A DNA stretch of 64,000 nt from Vicinamibacteria bacterium (GCA_963555995.3 OY821641.1:2592001-2656000); one strand, 5' to 3'. Shown: positions 16,782 to 27,153, counted from the stretch's first letter. Made by a program: numbers and translations. The notes: generated by a model from the sequence alone, not told the origin.

Positions 16782-18374
16782 TCAGTTCTCCAGCTCGTCC
16801 TCCCGGACCGTCGGGTAGTCGATGCCGAGCTGCTCCAGGTAGGTGTCGTAGGTGTCGGGGTCGTAGTAGAAGGGGCGCATGGCTTCGCGGAACGAATCCA
16901 TCCTGTCCTTGTTGAGGTGGATCGCCGGGGGGTCGTTGGGGCCGATGAGGGGGCTGTACTGGTGCTCGGCGGTCTGTTGGGTGAAGTAGTTCTTGGCTGC
17001 CGTGACGAGTGAGGGGTCGAGGAAGAGGTCCATCAGGGTCATGGCGATGACCCGGGCGCCGGCGGTGACGCCCTTGTGGGCGATGGGGGTCGCCATCGCG
17101 ACCGCGTTGGCCCAGTGGTGGCCCGGGCCGCCGGGGATGTTCGCGGGATAACGCATGGTGACGGTGGGGACCTTCCAGGAGATGTCCCCGATGTCGTCGG
17201 AGAAGCCGCCGAGCCGGGGCTCGGGCGCCGGGCCGCCCATCCGGCCGAGTTCCGTGGCGAGGCCGCGCTGCTCGACGCCGAGTTCGCGCTGGAGGCCCCG
17301 GGCGAGCGTCTGGTCGGCTTCGCTCCACTCGGGAAGGCCCACGCGCTCGATGTTGGCCCAGACCGCTTCCGCGACGGGCTTGTTGAAGTGGCGGGGGTAG
17401 GCGTGGCCGAGGATGCGCCATGACGCCTTGGTGGAGGTCATCGCGGCGGCCGCCTCGGCCATCGTGTTGCCGAGTTCGTAGAGCTCCTTCATGTGGGGCT
17501 GGTCGAGCTCGCGGAAGTAGTACCAGACGGAGGCGAGCTGGGGGACGACGTTGGGCTGGTCGCCGCCGTTCGAGATCACGTAGTGGGAGCGGTGCGGCAG
17601 GCGGAGGTGCTCGCGCTTGACGTTCCACGCCATGTTCATGATCTCGACCGCGTCGAGGGCGCTGCGTCCGCGCCACGGCGCGCCCGCGGAGTGGGCCGAC
17701 TCGCCCTCGAAGGTGTATTCGACGGAGACGAGGCCGCTGCCCCTGCCCTGGCCCCAGCTCACCCCGAAGTCGGAGGCGACGTGGGTGAAGATGTTGATGT
17801 CTATGTCGTCGAAGTAGCCGGCGCGGATGAACCACGCCTTGGTGGCGAGCAGTTCCTCCGCCACCCCCGGCCAGATGACGATGGTTCCGGGGATGCCCTC
17901 GCGCTCCATGACCTCCTTGGCGGCGAGCGCGCCGACGATGACGACCGCCTGGCCGGAGTTGTGGCCCTCGCCGTGGCCGGGGGCGCCCTCGACGAGCGGA
18001 TCGAAGTAGGCGACGCCGGGCTTCTGGGACGCCTTCGGGATGCCGTCAATGTCGCTGCCGAGCGCGATGACCGGGGAGCCGGAGCCCCAGCGGGCCATCC
18101 AGGCGGTGGGGATGCCGGCGATGCCTTCTTCGACCTCGAAGCCGTGGTCGCGGAGGACGCCGGTGAGGTAGCGGGAGGTCTCGACCTCCTGGAAGCCGAG
18201 CTCGCCGAAGCTGAAGACGGAGTCCACCATCACCTGCGCCAGCTTGGCGCGCTCGGCGGCACCCTGGTCGGCGACGGGGCGGAGGGTTTCGGCGTCCTGG
18301 GCGGCTGCCGGGGCGAGCGCGAGCGCGCACCAGAGGGCCGACAGGGCGGCGGATTTCGGGATGCGGGAAGACAT
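16782..18374 (-). CDS. M20-family amidohydrolase (AbgB-like) with signal peptide
   Basis: FGELGFQE, GSDIDG, GHGEGHNSG, GVAEE, AHSAGAPWRGRSALDAVE, GGDQPNVVP; GGAGG RBS before ATG 18374. Confidence 0.92.
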   Translation of the reverse strand: MSSRIPKSAALSALWCALALAPAAAQDAETLRPVADQGAAERAKLAQVMVDSVFSFGELGFQEVETSRYLTGVLRDHGFEVEEGIAGIPTAWMARWGSGSPVIALGSDIDGIPKASQKPGVAYFDPLVEGAPGHGEGHNSGQAVVIVGALAAKEVMEREGIPGTIVIWPGVAEELLATKAWFIRAGYFDDIDINIFTHVASDFGVSWGQGRGSGLVSVEYTFEGESAHSAGAPWRGRSALDAVEIMNMAWNVKREHLRLPHRSHYVISNGGDQPNVVPQLASVWYYFRELDQPHMKELYELGNTMAEAAAAMTSTKASWRILGHAYPRHFNKPVAEAVWANIERVGLPEWSEADQTLARGLQRELGVEQRGLATELGRMGGPAPEPRLGGFSDDIGDISWKVPTVTMRYPANIPGGPGHHWANAVAMATPIAHKGVTAGARVIAMTLMDLFLDPSLVTAAKNYFTQQTAEHQYSPLIGPNDPPAIHLNKDRMDSFREAMRPFYYDPDTYDTYLEQLGIDYPTVREDELEN

Positions 18375-18633
18375 GGGGGCGCCTCCGGTCGGGGGGTGGT
18401 GGGACGGGTTGGCGATTCTACGGGCGGGGCCGCCCCGGACTCGTGCGCCTCCGAGCGGACCGCGCGCTCCTTGAAGCGCTGATTGCGGCAGTATTCGGGG
18501 CGCTGGTTCCCGAACTCCCCCAAATGACGCTACGGCACGAAACTCTGCTGATCGGGGCCTTCCCGCCACATGGGGTAGCGGTACGCCATGAGGCCAAACA
18601 ACCACGGGAGTTTCGCTGCGCGGAGCGCAGCGG

Positions 18634-18657
18634 TGCCGGTCTGGAGACCGGCGTTCC
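18634..18657. repeat. REP-like palindrome
   Basis: tgccggtctggagaccggcgttcc. Confidence 0.8.
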
Positions 18658-18682
18658 AGGCCGGCGGCGCCATCACGGACCC

Positions 18683-21253
18683 GTGGGGGGCGTGCTGCTC
18701 TTCCTCCTCGCTGCGGGCGCGGCCGGCGCCGAACCGCCGGTCCAGCAGCAGGCGGAGCCGCCGGGGGAGGAGGAAGCGGAGCCGGTGGAGGGGCAGCCCG
18801 AGACCGAGCCGGGGCCGCCGCGGTTCACCGAGGAGGTGGTGGTGGTCGGGACGCGGGCCACGCCGCGCTCGATCCTCGAGTCGGCCGCCCCGATTGACGC
18901 GATCCGGCCGGAGGAGCTGTTGAGCCAGGGGCCGCCCTCGATCTACGAGCGGCTGCGCACGCTGGTCCCGTCGTTCGCGGTGAACACCCAGCCGATCAGC
19001 GACGCCTCGACGCTGGTGCGGCCAGCGATGCTGCGGAACCTGGCGCCGAACCACACCCTGGTGCTCGTGAACGGCAAGCGGCGGCACCGGTCGGCGGTGA
19101 TTGACTGGAACGGGGGGAACGGGGTCTCCTTCGGGTCGCAGGGGCCGGACCTGGCGGCCATCCCCGCCATCGCGCTGCGGCGCGTCGAGGTGCTCCGGGA
19201 CGGGGCGGCGGCGCAGTACGGCTCGGACGCGATCGCGGGGGTCATGAACTTCCTGCTGCGGGACGACCGGTCGGGCGGCGCGGTCGAGTTCCTGAGCGGC
19301 GTTCACGGGGAGGCGTGGGACGGGGAGACGTGGAACGTCGCGGGGAACGTCGGGCTGCCGCTCGGGAACGCGGGCTTCGCGAACCTGAGCCTCGAATACG
19401 GCGGCGCCGCGCCCACCGACCGGAGCGTCCGGCGGACCGACGTGGCGGAGCTGATCGCGGCCGGGAACCGGCACGTCCGGGAGCCGGCGCAGGTGTGGGG
19501 CTCGCCGGATACGGACGGCGACCTGAAGCTGTTCGGCAACTTCGGCCACCTCTTCCGGCGCGGCCTCCAGCTCTACGGACACGCCGGGTACGCGCGGCGG
19601 ACGGTGAGCGGGAGCTTCTTCTTCCGCAACCCGAACACCCGGAGCGGGGTCTTCAGCAACGACGGCGGGCGCACCCTGCTGGTCGGCGACGTGCTGGCGG
19701 CGCGCGGGACGGGTGCGGCGGGCTGCCCGGTGGTACGGGTGGTGGACAGCGTCCCGGACCCGGAACCGCTCGCGCGGGTGCTCGCCGACGAGCACTGCTT
19801 CTCGTTCCAGGAGCGGTTTCCCGGCGGGTTCACCCCCACCTTCGGCGGGACCTCGGGCGACGCGACGCTGGTCTGGGGGGTCCGCCGGCTCTTCGCCGGG
19901 GGCGTCACCTGGGACGCGAGCGTCAGCGTGGGCAACCACGAGGCGAGCTTCTTTCTCGAGGACACGGTGAACGCGTCGCTCGGGCCGGAGACCCCGACGG
20001 ATTTCGACCTCGGCAGCAACCATCAGCGCGAGATCGCCCTGAACCTGGACCTGTCGCGGCCGGTGGGGGACCGCCTCCACCTGGCGGGCGGCGCGGAGTG
20101 GCGGCACGAGCGGTACGAGACGCGCGAGGGCCAGCCGGAGTCGTGGGAGGTCGGCCCGTACGCGGCGCAGGGTTTCGGGGCCGGTTCCAACGGCTACAGC
20201 GGCTACGGCCCGGTGGCCGCCGGGCGCTGGGGCCGCGGCAGCGCCGCTGCGTACGGGGACGTCGAGCTGAGCGGCGGAGCGGGGCGCTGGCTGCTCGGCG
20301 CCGCCCTCCGCGCGGAGCGCTTCGAGGACTTCGGGAACACCGTCAACGGCAAGCTGTCGGGCCGCTACGAGGTGAGCCGCGGACTCTCGCTGCGCGCCAG
20401 CGCCGGGACCGGGTTCCGGGCGCCGACGCCCGGGCAGCAGAACTCGTTCAACGTCTCCACGAAGTTCGATCCGATCCTCCGGGACCTGACCGAGCGGGGC
20501 ACGATCCCTTCCATCTCCCCGGTGGCCGGGCTCCGCGGCGGGGGGCCGCTCGCGCCGGAGACGTCCCGGAACACCTCGCTCGGGGCGCTGGTCGAACGCG
20601 GCCGGTTCACGTTGACCGCCGATCTGTTCCGGGTGGATCTCGCCGACCGGCTCGCGGTCACCAGCGACTTCACCCTGACCCCGGAGGAGGTGGAGGGGCT
20701 CCTCGCCGCGGGGGTCGAGAGCGCCCGGGGGCTGGCGAGCTTCCGCTTCTTCACGAACGACATCGCGACCCGTTCGCAGGGGGTGGACGTCGTGGCGACG
20801 TGGGCGCCGCGGGCGCTGGGGGGCGACACGCGCCTCGGCGCCGTCCTGAACCACACCACCACCACCGTGACGGACTTCAATCCGGAGACGCTCCAGGCGG
20901 AACGCCGGGTGCGGGAGTTCGAGTCGTCGCTGCCGCGGAACCGGTGGAACGTCAGCGTGAACAGCCGCGTGGGGATCGCGGAGGTGCTGGCGCGGGTGGG
21001 CTACTACGGGGCGTGGTTCGACTGGGACAGCGCCCAGACGCTGTTCGCCGGGAAGCCGGTGGCGGACCTGGAGGTGAGCCTGCCGGTTTCGGGGCGCGCG
21101 ACGCTCGCGGTCGGCGCGCAGAACGTCTTCAACACCTTCTCCGACGAGAGCCCGAACGCCGGGGACGTGGGGGAGCGGTACAGCGAGTACACGCCGTGGG
21201 GGTTGGGCGGGGTCTTCCTCTACGCCCGGCTCCGCTACGCCTGGGAGGGGTAG
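18683..21253 (+). CDS. TonB-dependent receptor
   Basis: EEVVVVGTR TonB box, LVLVNGKRRH, RVEVLRDGAAAQYGSDAIAGVMN, GFRAP, C-terminal aromatic strand; start uncertain (18524 or 18683). Confidence 0.92.
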   Translation: MGGVLLFLLAAGAAGAEPPVQQQAEPPGEEEAEPVEGQPETEPGPPRFTEEVVVVGTRATPRSILESAAPIDAIRPEELLSQGPPSIYERLRTLVPSFAVNTQPISDASTLVRPAMLRNLAPNHTLVLVNGKRRHRSAVIDWNGGNGVSFGSQGPDLAAIPAIALRRVEVLRDGAAAQYGSDAIAGVMNFLLRDDRSGGAVEFLSGVHGEAWDGETWNVAGNVGLPLGNAGFANLSLEYGGAAPTDRSVRRTDVAELIAAGNRHVREPAQVWGSPDTDGDLKLFGNFGHLFRRGLQLYGHAGYARRTVSGSFFFRNPNTRSGVFSNDGGRTLLVGDVLAARGTGAAGCPVVRVVDSVPDPEPLARVLADEHCFSFQERFPGGFTPTFGGTSGDATLVWGVRRLFAGGVTWDASVSVGNHEASFFLEDTVNASLGPETPTDFDLGSNHQREIALNLDLSRPVGDRLHLAGGAEWRHERYETREGQPESWEVGPYAAQGFGAGSNGYSGYGPVAAGRWGRGSAAAYGDVELSGGAGRWLLGAALRAERFEDFGNTVNGKLSGRYEVSRGLSLRASAGTGFRAPTPGQQNSFNVSTKFDPILRDLTERGTIPSISPVAGLRGGGPLAPETSRNTSLGALVERGRFTLTADLFRVDLADRLAVTSDFTLTPEEVEGLLAAGVESARGLASFRFFTNDIATRSQGVDVVATWAPRALGGDTRLGAVLNHTTTTVTDFNPETLQAERRVREFESSLPRNRWNVSVNSRVGIAEVLARVGYYGAWFDWDSAQTLFAGKPVADLEVSLPVSGRATLAVGAQNVFNTFSDESPNAGDVGERYSEYTPWGLGGVFLYARLRYAWEG

Positions 21254-21286
21254 TCGGGCCGGCGCGCCGGACGCCGCCGGGGGCCG

Positions 21287-22036
21287 TCAGCCGCCGCTGC
21301 GGGCTTCGGCGATGAGCTGTTTGAGACGCGCGCCGTCCACCGCGCCCGGGACCAGCGTGTTCCCGATCACGAAGGCCGGGGTCCCGTTGATTCCCAGATC
21401 GCGGGCGAGACGCTGGGTGTCCTGCAGGTAGGAAATGATCTCCGCGTCGGCCATGTCCTGCTGCAGGCGTCGCACGTCGAGCCCGGCCTGTCCCGCGATC
21501 TCCATCACCGACTCCTCGGTGAGGCGCTCGGACGCTCCCATGAGCGCCTTGTGGAGCTCCAGGTACTTCCCCTGCTTCTGCGCCGCCATGGACGCGAGCG
21601 CGGCGAAGGTCGAGACCTGGCCCAGCACCGGAAAGTCCTTCCACACGACGCGCAGGCCCGGGTCGGTCTCCAGCAGGTCCATGACCGGTTCGAGCGAGCG
21701 CTTGCAGTAGCCGCACTGGTAGTCGAAGAACTCGACGAGCGTCACGTCGCCGTCGGGGTTGCCGGAGACCGGCGACATCGGGTGGTCCACCAGCGCCACG
21801 CGGTTCTTCACCAGCGCGTCGCGCGTCCGCGCCGCCTGGTCGGCCTGCCGTCTCGCTTGGAGCGCGCGGATCGCCTCCTCGATGATCTCGGGGTGCTCGA
21901 GCAGGTACTCGCGGACGATCTCCCGCACGGCCTCCTTGTCGGGGGGCGGTTGCGGTTCGGGTTGCGCCCGGGCGGTGGTGGCGACCGTCGCGCAGAGGAG
22001 CGCCGCGGAGAGTGCGAGCGCCGTTCTGGACATCAT
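21287..22036 (-). CDS. DsbA-family thiol-disulfide oxidoreductase (ScsC/Com1-like)
   Basis: Signal peptide, VREYLLEHPE, EFFDYQCGYCK, GINGTPAF. Confidence 0.92.
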   Translation of the reverse strand: MMSRTALALSAALLCATVATTARAQPEPQPPPDKEAVREIVREYLLEHPEIIEEAIRALQARRQADQAARTRDALVKNRVALVDHPMSPVSGNPDGDVTLVEFFDYQCGYCKRSLEPVMDLLETDPGLRVVWKDFPVLGQVSTFAALASMAAQKQGKYLELHKALMGASERLTEESVMEIAGQAGLDVRRLQQDMADAEIISYLQDTQRLARDLGINGTPAFVIGNTLVPGAVDGARLKQLIAEARSGG

Positions 22037-22176
22037 GCGGAGCCTCCCTGGACCGCTCGAGCGACGGGGCGCCGCGTTCTTCGGACCTGACGTCCCCTGA
22101 TTGGGGGGGACGGAGGGATTGTAGGTGCGCCGTGCAGCGCGCGCCTGCAGCCCTGTCGCTGCGCTCCGCGCAGCGG

Positions 22177-22200
22177 TGCCGGTCTGAAGACCGGCGCTCC
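22177..22200. repeat. REP-like palindrome
   Basis: tgccggtctgaagaccggcgctcc. Confidence 0.8.
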
Positions 22201-22204
22201 CCTT

Positions 22205-24166
22205 TCAGTGGGATAGGCCGGGGAGTTGCTCGAGGTAGCCGACGCCGGGGAGTTCTACGTCCTTGGCGAGGAGGTAGAAGTCGAAGAAGGCTTTCATGTC
22301 GGTGAGCATCCGGATCGTGTTGTCAAAGCCCCGGACGTAGAAGTTTTCGCCTGGGTAGGCCTGGTAGCGGGCGGGCTTGTAGAGGCGCTGGAGCTCGCGG
22401 AAGAACTCGGTCATCTGCGGGGAGCCGGGATAGCGGCCCTCGCCGTGGAGCACGAAGACGGGGACCCGGGCGTCGGCGAGGTGGTAGTAGGGGGAGTTCG
22501 CGAGGTAGCGGTCCCGGTGCTCCTCGAGCCGCCCCATCTCCTTGCGGAGTTGCTGCAGGTGGCGGAACTCGCCGTCCTCGAAGAAGGTGACCCGGTCGCA
22601 GTAGCCGGACGCCGCGATCACGGCCCCGAAGATCTCGCCGCCGAAGCTCACCGCCGCGCAGGACATGAACCCGCCGTAGCTCGTTCCCGTGGTTCCGATC
22701 CGCTCCGGGTGGACGTAGGGGAGGGTGCGGAGGTACTCGGCCGCCGCCACCACGTCCGCGAAGTCGCACTTGCCCCAGCAGCCGTCGTTGGCCTCCTCGA
22801 AGGCGCGGCCGTAGCCGGAGCTGCCGCGCACGTTGGGGAGCAGGACCACGTAGCCGCGCTGGACGAAGAACTGGACGGCGGGTTCGAAGCTGTCCTCCCA
22901 CTGCGACGTGGGGCCGCCGTGGGTCCAGACGATGGCCGGGTGGCGGCCTTCCCCGTCGTCCCGCCCGGCGGCGGGCCGATAGAGGTACGAGGGGATCGTC
23001 AGCCCGTCCCCGCTCGGGAACGCCACCTTCGCGGGGGTGACCAGGCGGCGTTCGATGGCCGCCAGCGGCATCGAATCGGTCCGCCGGGACGACTTCCCCG
23101 AGGCGAGGGCGTGGACGAACAGGTCCCCGGGGCGGGTGGGCGTTTCGAGGGTGTAGGAGATGCGGTTGCCGTCGGGCGACCACTGGGGCGCTCCGATGAT
23201 CCCGGACTCGGGGGCCGCGATGACTTGCGGCTCGCCGCCGCCCGCCGGCGCGACCCGGAGCTGGTAGGTCCCCCCGTGGTTCTCGACGTACGCGAACCCG
23301 CCGCCGTCCGGGGACCAGGCGCCTTCCGTCTGGTCGGCCGCTGCCGCCGCCAGCGGCGTGGGTTCGCCGCCCGACCGGGGCACGGACCAGTAGTTGATCC
23401 ACCCGGAGCGATAGGACGGGAAGACGACCGTGGCGCCGTCCGGGGAGACGAGGGGATAGCCGAACGTGCCGCCCTCGCCGTAGTCGAAGAAGTCCTCGTC
23501 GCGGGCGATGACCCGCTCTGCGCCGCCGCCGGCCGGGACTTCGACGATGGTGTGGTCCATCCATTCCCCGTCGAGCCGGACGAACAGGACCGACGCGGAG
23601 TCGGGGCTCCAGGCGGGATAGACCTCCAGGGCGGGTCCGTCGGTCAGCCGGCGGGACTCCCCGGACGGGACCTCCACCGTCCACACGTCGTACTGCCCGT
23701 GGCGGTTGCCGGCGAACGCGATCCGGCGTCCGTCCGGCGACCAGGAAGCGCCCTTGATGAGCCGCCCGCCGTTCCCGGTGAGGCGGGACGCTTCGGCTTT
23801 CTCGAGGGACCAGAGCCAGATCTCCGGCGTGCCGCTGCGGTCCGATACCCAGGAGATCCACCGTCCGTCCGGCGACCAGCGCGGCTCGGCGGACGCGAGG
23901 AAATGACCGCTGCCGCCCGTGGAGACCGGCAGCTCGCTGACCGCGCCGCCCTCGGCGCGGAGGAGACGCGGGTTCGCGCCGCCGAGGAGGATCCGGTCGC
24001 CGTCCGGGGACCAGCGGGGCGTCTCGCCGCCCACGGATGAGGAGAGCGACAGGAGCGTCTCCACGGGGAGCGGTTCGGGCGCGTCCCGGTGCTGGGCGGC
24101 GCCGGGGGCGGCGAGGAGGGCGAGCGAGAGGGCTGACAGTGCGCTGATTCTCGTGACTGGCGGCAT
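22205..24166 (-). CDS. S9-family peptidase-like protein with PD40/TolB propeller
   Basis: Repeated WSPDG, HGGP, PNVRGSSGYG, GTSYGG; canonical triad Asp and His substituted. Confidence 0.9.
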   Translation of the reverse strand: MPPVTRISALSALSLALLAAPGAAQHRDAPEPLPVETLLSLSSSVGGETPRWSPDGDRILLGGANPRLLRAEGGAVSELPVSTGGSGHFLASAEPRWSPDGRWISWVSDRSGTPEIWLWSLEKAEASRLTGNGGRLIKGASWSPDGRRIAFAGNRHGQYDVWTVEVPSGESRRLTDGPALEVYPAWSPDSASVLFVRLDGEWMDHTIVEVPAGGGAERVIARDEDFFDYGEGGTFGYPLVSPDGATVVFPSYRSGWINYWSVPRSGGEPTPLAAAAADQTEGAWSPDGGGFAYVENHGGTYQLRVAPAGGGEPQVIAAPESGIIGAPQWSPDGNRISYTLETPTRPGDLFVHALASGKSSRRTDSMPLAAIERRLVTPAKVAFPSGDGLTIPSYLYRPAAGRDDGEGRHPAIVWTHGGPTSQWEDSFEPAVQFFVQRGYVVLLPNVRGSSGYGRAFEEANDGCWGKCDFADVVAAAEYLRTLPYVHPERIGTTGTSYGGFMSCAAVSFGGEIFGAVIAASGYCDRVTFFEDGEFRHLQQLRKEMGRLEEHRDRYLANSPYYHLADARVPVFVLHGEGRYPGSPQMTEFFRELQRLYKPARYQAYPGENFYVRGFDNTIRMLTDMKAFFDFYLLAKDVELPGVGYLEQLPGLSH

Positions 24167-24282
24167 GGGGAACCTCCCGTGGGCGGTACGGTGGCCGGCG
24201 ACCGATTCTACGGAGGGGGGAGGCGGTCGCGCCGTTACGGGAGAGCAGCGATGTGCGGTTTCGCGGCCCTCTCGGGCCGCGA

Positions 24283-24305
24283 TGCCGGCCGGAGGCCGGC
24301 GCTCC
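24283..24305. repeat. REP-like palindrome (variant)
   Basis: tgccggccggaggccggcgctcc; same variant at 61843-61865. Confidence 0.75.
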
Positions 24306-24312
24306 GGAGAGG

Positions 24313-25323
24313 CTACCCGGCGACTTCGTCGGGGGCCGGCGGGTGGTACCCGCCGTTCACCGTCACCCCACCGTTGCCGTGACGGTAGTGGTTGCGGCCC
24401 TTGAGGATCTGGTCGGCCAAAACGATGGCGTCTTGCGTGGACAGTTGTGAAAGACCGGCGAGATGCCCGATGAACGGCCGGAGATCGCCCTCATCCGCGA
24501 TTTCCAGCATTCCGATGTAGGCCGGCCTCCGTTCCGTGCTGATGATCGGCGGGAACTCGCCGTTCCGTACGAAGACGTAGGCCATCAGCAGTCGTGACAT
24601 CCGACCGTTGCCGTCCTGGAATGGGTGGATGCGGACGAACTCGTGGTGCAACCAGGCGGCCTCGACCTCCGCCGGGAGGTTCCGGTCCGCGTGGGCGTGG
24701 TGGAACTCCAGCAAACGGTCGAGTTCGGAGCGGACCTGCTCCGGGGGGCAGTACTCGTGGACGTAGCCGTCGGGCCGCCGGGGGTTGTTCGGACGGATCT
24801 TGTAGTCGCCCTTCCGCAGCGGAATCTGGATGCGCCTGCCGGTCAGCCCCTCGATCCCGACCGCCGTGTCCTGGTGGCCGGTCAGGACCTGGTGGAGAGA
24901 CTTGAAGACGTGATGGCTGAGGGGGGTCTTGCCCGTCGCCATGTCGAAGACGGCCTCCAGCGTCTCCTCCTGGTCTTCGAGGAGGCCCCGCAAGGTCTCA
25001 TCGGAGAGGTCGCCGATGAGGCTGTGCGCCCCGCGAACTCCCGCGAAGCCCTCGGTGATGAGCTGTTCCGTGACGCCGCGGCGGAGCACGTAGAGGTTCT
25101 CGACCTGGCCGGTCTCGATGGCGAAGGCGCGCTTCCGCTCCCGGAGCCAGATGTCCATGAGGGTCCGGTCGGCCTTCCGGTCCTCGAGCTTCTGCCGCAC
25201 CTCCCGCCACTCGGTGACCAACTCCCGGTAGGCGGGCACGCCCCAGGACTCGGCCTCACGGGGGAGATCGCGTACCGGGCGCCAGACAGCGCCGACGGGC
25301 TTCGGGCCGGGAGGTTCCGCCAT
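24313..25323 (-). CDS. Fic-family protein
   Basis: HPFQDGNGRMSR motif. Confidence 0.92.
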   Translation of the reverse strand: MAEPPGPKPVGAVWRPVRDLPREAESWGVPAYRELVTEWREVRQKLEDRKADRTLMDIWLRERKRAFAIETGQVENLYVLRRGVTEQLITEGFAGVRGAHSLIGDLSDETLRGLLEDQEETLEAVFDMATGKTPLSHHVFKSLHQVLTGHQDTAVGIEGLTGRRIQIPLRKGDYKIRPNNPRRPDGYVHEYCPPEQVRSELDRLLEFHHAHADRNLPAEVEAAWLHHEFVRIHPFQDGNGRMSRLLMAYVFVRNGEFPPIISTERRPAYIGMLEIADEGDLRPFIGHLAGLSQLSTQDAIVLADQILKGRNHYRHGNGGVTVNGGYHPPAPDEVAG

Positions 25324-25339
25324 GACGCGTTTCCCTGTC

Positions 25340-25852
25340 CTACCCGAGCGCTTCCCGCGCTTCCCGGTCCGCTTCCCGCCGGCGGAGGGTCTCGCGGCGG
25401 TCGCGGTTGCTCTTGCCCTTCGCGAGCGCCACCTGGACCTTGATCCAGCCGTTCCGGAGGTGGATGCGGAGCGGCACGAGCGTCAGGCCGGCGGTGGTGA
25501 GCTTGCCGGCGATCCGCCGCATCTCGTCCTCGTGGAGCAGGAGCTTCCGGTTCCGCTCCGGGTTCCCCTGTTCGGGCGGCGCGTTCACGTAGGGCGCGAT
25601 GTGGCAGTTGACGAGGAAGATCTCGCCGTTCCGCTCGCGGCCGTAGGCGTCCTTGAGGTTCGCCCCGCCGGCCCGGCAGGACTTCACCTCGGCGCCGGTG
25701 AGCGCGATGCCCGCCTCGAACTGCTCGAGGACCACGAAGTTCCGCCGCGCCCTCCGGTTCTCCGCGAGCACCTGCTCGTTGCGGAAGCCTCCCCCGTGCG
25801 CTCCGGCGGAGCGCAGTCTTCTTTTCTTCCTTGCCGTCTTCTTGCGACTCAT
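25340..25852 (-). CDS. smpB: SsrA-binding protein
   Basis: NRRAR, EAGIALTGAEVKS, RKLLLH, LTLVPL, LAKGK...DRR. Confidence 0.96.
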   Translation of the reverse strand: MSRKKTARKKRRLRSAGAHGGGFRNEQVLAENRRARRNFVVLEQFEAGIALTGAEVKSCRAGGANLKDAYGRERNGEIFLVNCHIAPYVNAPPEQGNPERNRKLLLHEDEMRRIAGKLTTAGLTLVPLRIHLRNGWIKVQVALAKGKSNRDRRETLRRREADREAREALG

Positions 25853-25923
25853 GCGAACGAGTCTAGCGGGCCGATGGAACGGGCCGCCGGGACCGGCGCG
25901 TTTACCATGCGGGGCGACACCCG

Positions 25924-27153
25924 ATGCCCGAATTCCTGTGCCAGGTCGGCGAACCGGCGGGCGACCTGCGGCGGCTCCGGCTGACCGCCCGCGACGCCGA
26001 CGCGGCCCGCCAGGAACTCCAGGAACAGGGGCTGCACGTCTTCGCGGTCCGGCGCCTGTCCTCGTTCGCCGCGTTCGGCCGCCTCTTCGAGGGCGGCACG
26101 CCCTTCTGGCGGCGGCGTCCGGTCCGAAGCCGCGAGGTGCTGCTCTTCAACCAGGAACTCGCGGCGCTGCTGCACGCCGGGCTGCCGCTCGCCGAGTCGC
26201 TCGGCATCATGGTCGAGCGCATGGAGAACCCGACCCTGCGGGAGGCGGTGCAGACCATCTTCGCCGAGGTCCGGTCCGGCGTGCCGATGAGCACCGCGGC
26301 CGCCCGCTATCCCTTCTTCCCGTCGGTCTATCCGGCGTGCCTGCAGGCGGGCGAGACCAGCGGGGACCTCCCGGGCATGATCGTCCGGTTCACGGACGCC
26401 ATGCGCGTCGCGGTGAAGGCGCGGTCGAGCCTGACCGCGGCCATGGTCTATCCCGCCTTCCTGCTCACCGCGCTGCTCGGCACCGCCGCCTACCTCCTGC
26501 TCGGGGTGGTCCCGAACTTCGTCCCCTTCTTCGCCGGGTTCGGGCAGGAACTGCCGCCGCTGACCACGGCGCTGCTGACCGCCGCGGAGTTCGTGCGGAC
26601 CCACCTGCTGTGGGTCGTCGCCGGCCTGCTGGCCGGGGTGCTGGTCTTCGCCGCCTGGTCCCGGACCGGCCGCGCGAAGCGTGTCCGGGACCGGGTGGTC
26701 CTCCGGCTGCCGGCCATCGGCGAGGTGCTCCGGCTGTACTCCGTCTCCCAATTCGCGCGGTCGCTGGGCACGCTGCTCGCCGGGGGGATGCCGCTCGTCA
26801 GCGCGATCCCGGTGGCGGCGCGCGGGGTGGGCAACCGCTACCTGCGGAGCGTGCTGGAGCCGACCGCCGGGGCCGTCCGCGAGGGCCGCTCCTTCGTCGA
26901 GACCCTGGCGGAGACCGGCGAGATCCCCGGCTTCGCGCTCCAGATGGTGCGGGTGGGCGAGGGGACCGGCGACCTCGCGCGGATGGTCTCCTCGGTCGCC
27001 GACTTCAACGACGAGGTGATCGAGAACCGGGTGACCGTGCTCCTCAGCCTCCTCACCCCGGTCGTGCTCCTCATCCTGGGCGGCTTCGTGGCGCTGGTGC
27101 TGCTCGCGATCTATCTGCCGCTCTTCAGCCTCGCCTCGGCGCCCCAGTTCTGA
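25924..27153 (+). CDS. gspF: Type II secretion/type IV pilus platform protein (GspF/PilC)
   Basis: FNQELAALLHAGLPL, AGETSGDL, AMVYP, FARSLGTLLAGGMPL, MVRVGEGTGDL, AIYLPLF. Confidence 0.92.
   Translation: MPEFLCQVGEPAGDLRRLRLTARDADAARQELQEQGLHVFAVRRLSSFAAFGRLFEGGTPFWRRRPVRSREVLLFNQELAALLHAGLPLAESLGIMVERMENPTLREAVQTIFAEVRSGVPMSTAAARYPFFPSVYPACLQAGETSGDLPGMIVRFTDAMRVAVKARSSLTAAMVYPAFLLTALLGTAAYLLLGVVPNFVPFFAGFGQELPPLTTALLTAAEFVRTHLLWVVAGLLAGVLVFAAWSRTGRAKRVRDRVVLRLPAIGEVLRLYSVSQFARSLGTLLAGGMPLVSAIPVAARGVGNRYLRSVLEPTAGAVREGRSFVETLAETGEIPGFALQMVRVGEGTGDLARMVSSVADFNDEVIENRVTVLLSLLTPVVLLILGGFVALVLLAIYLPLFSLASAPQF

Noticed and set aside
24170-25920. tmRNA (ssrA) next to smpB
   Set aside because: No GGGG..GA start, tag ORF or TCCACCA end found; neighbouring intergenic spaces are too short
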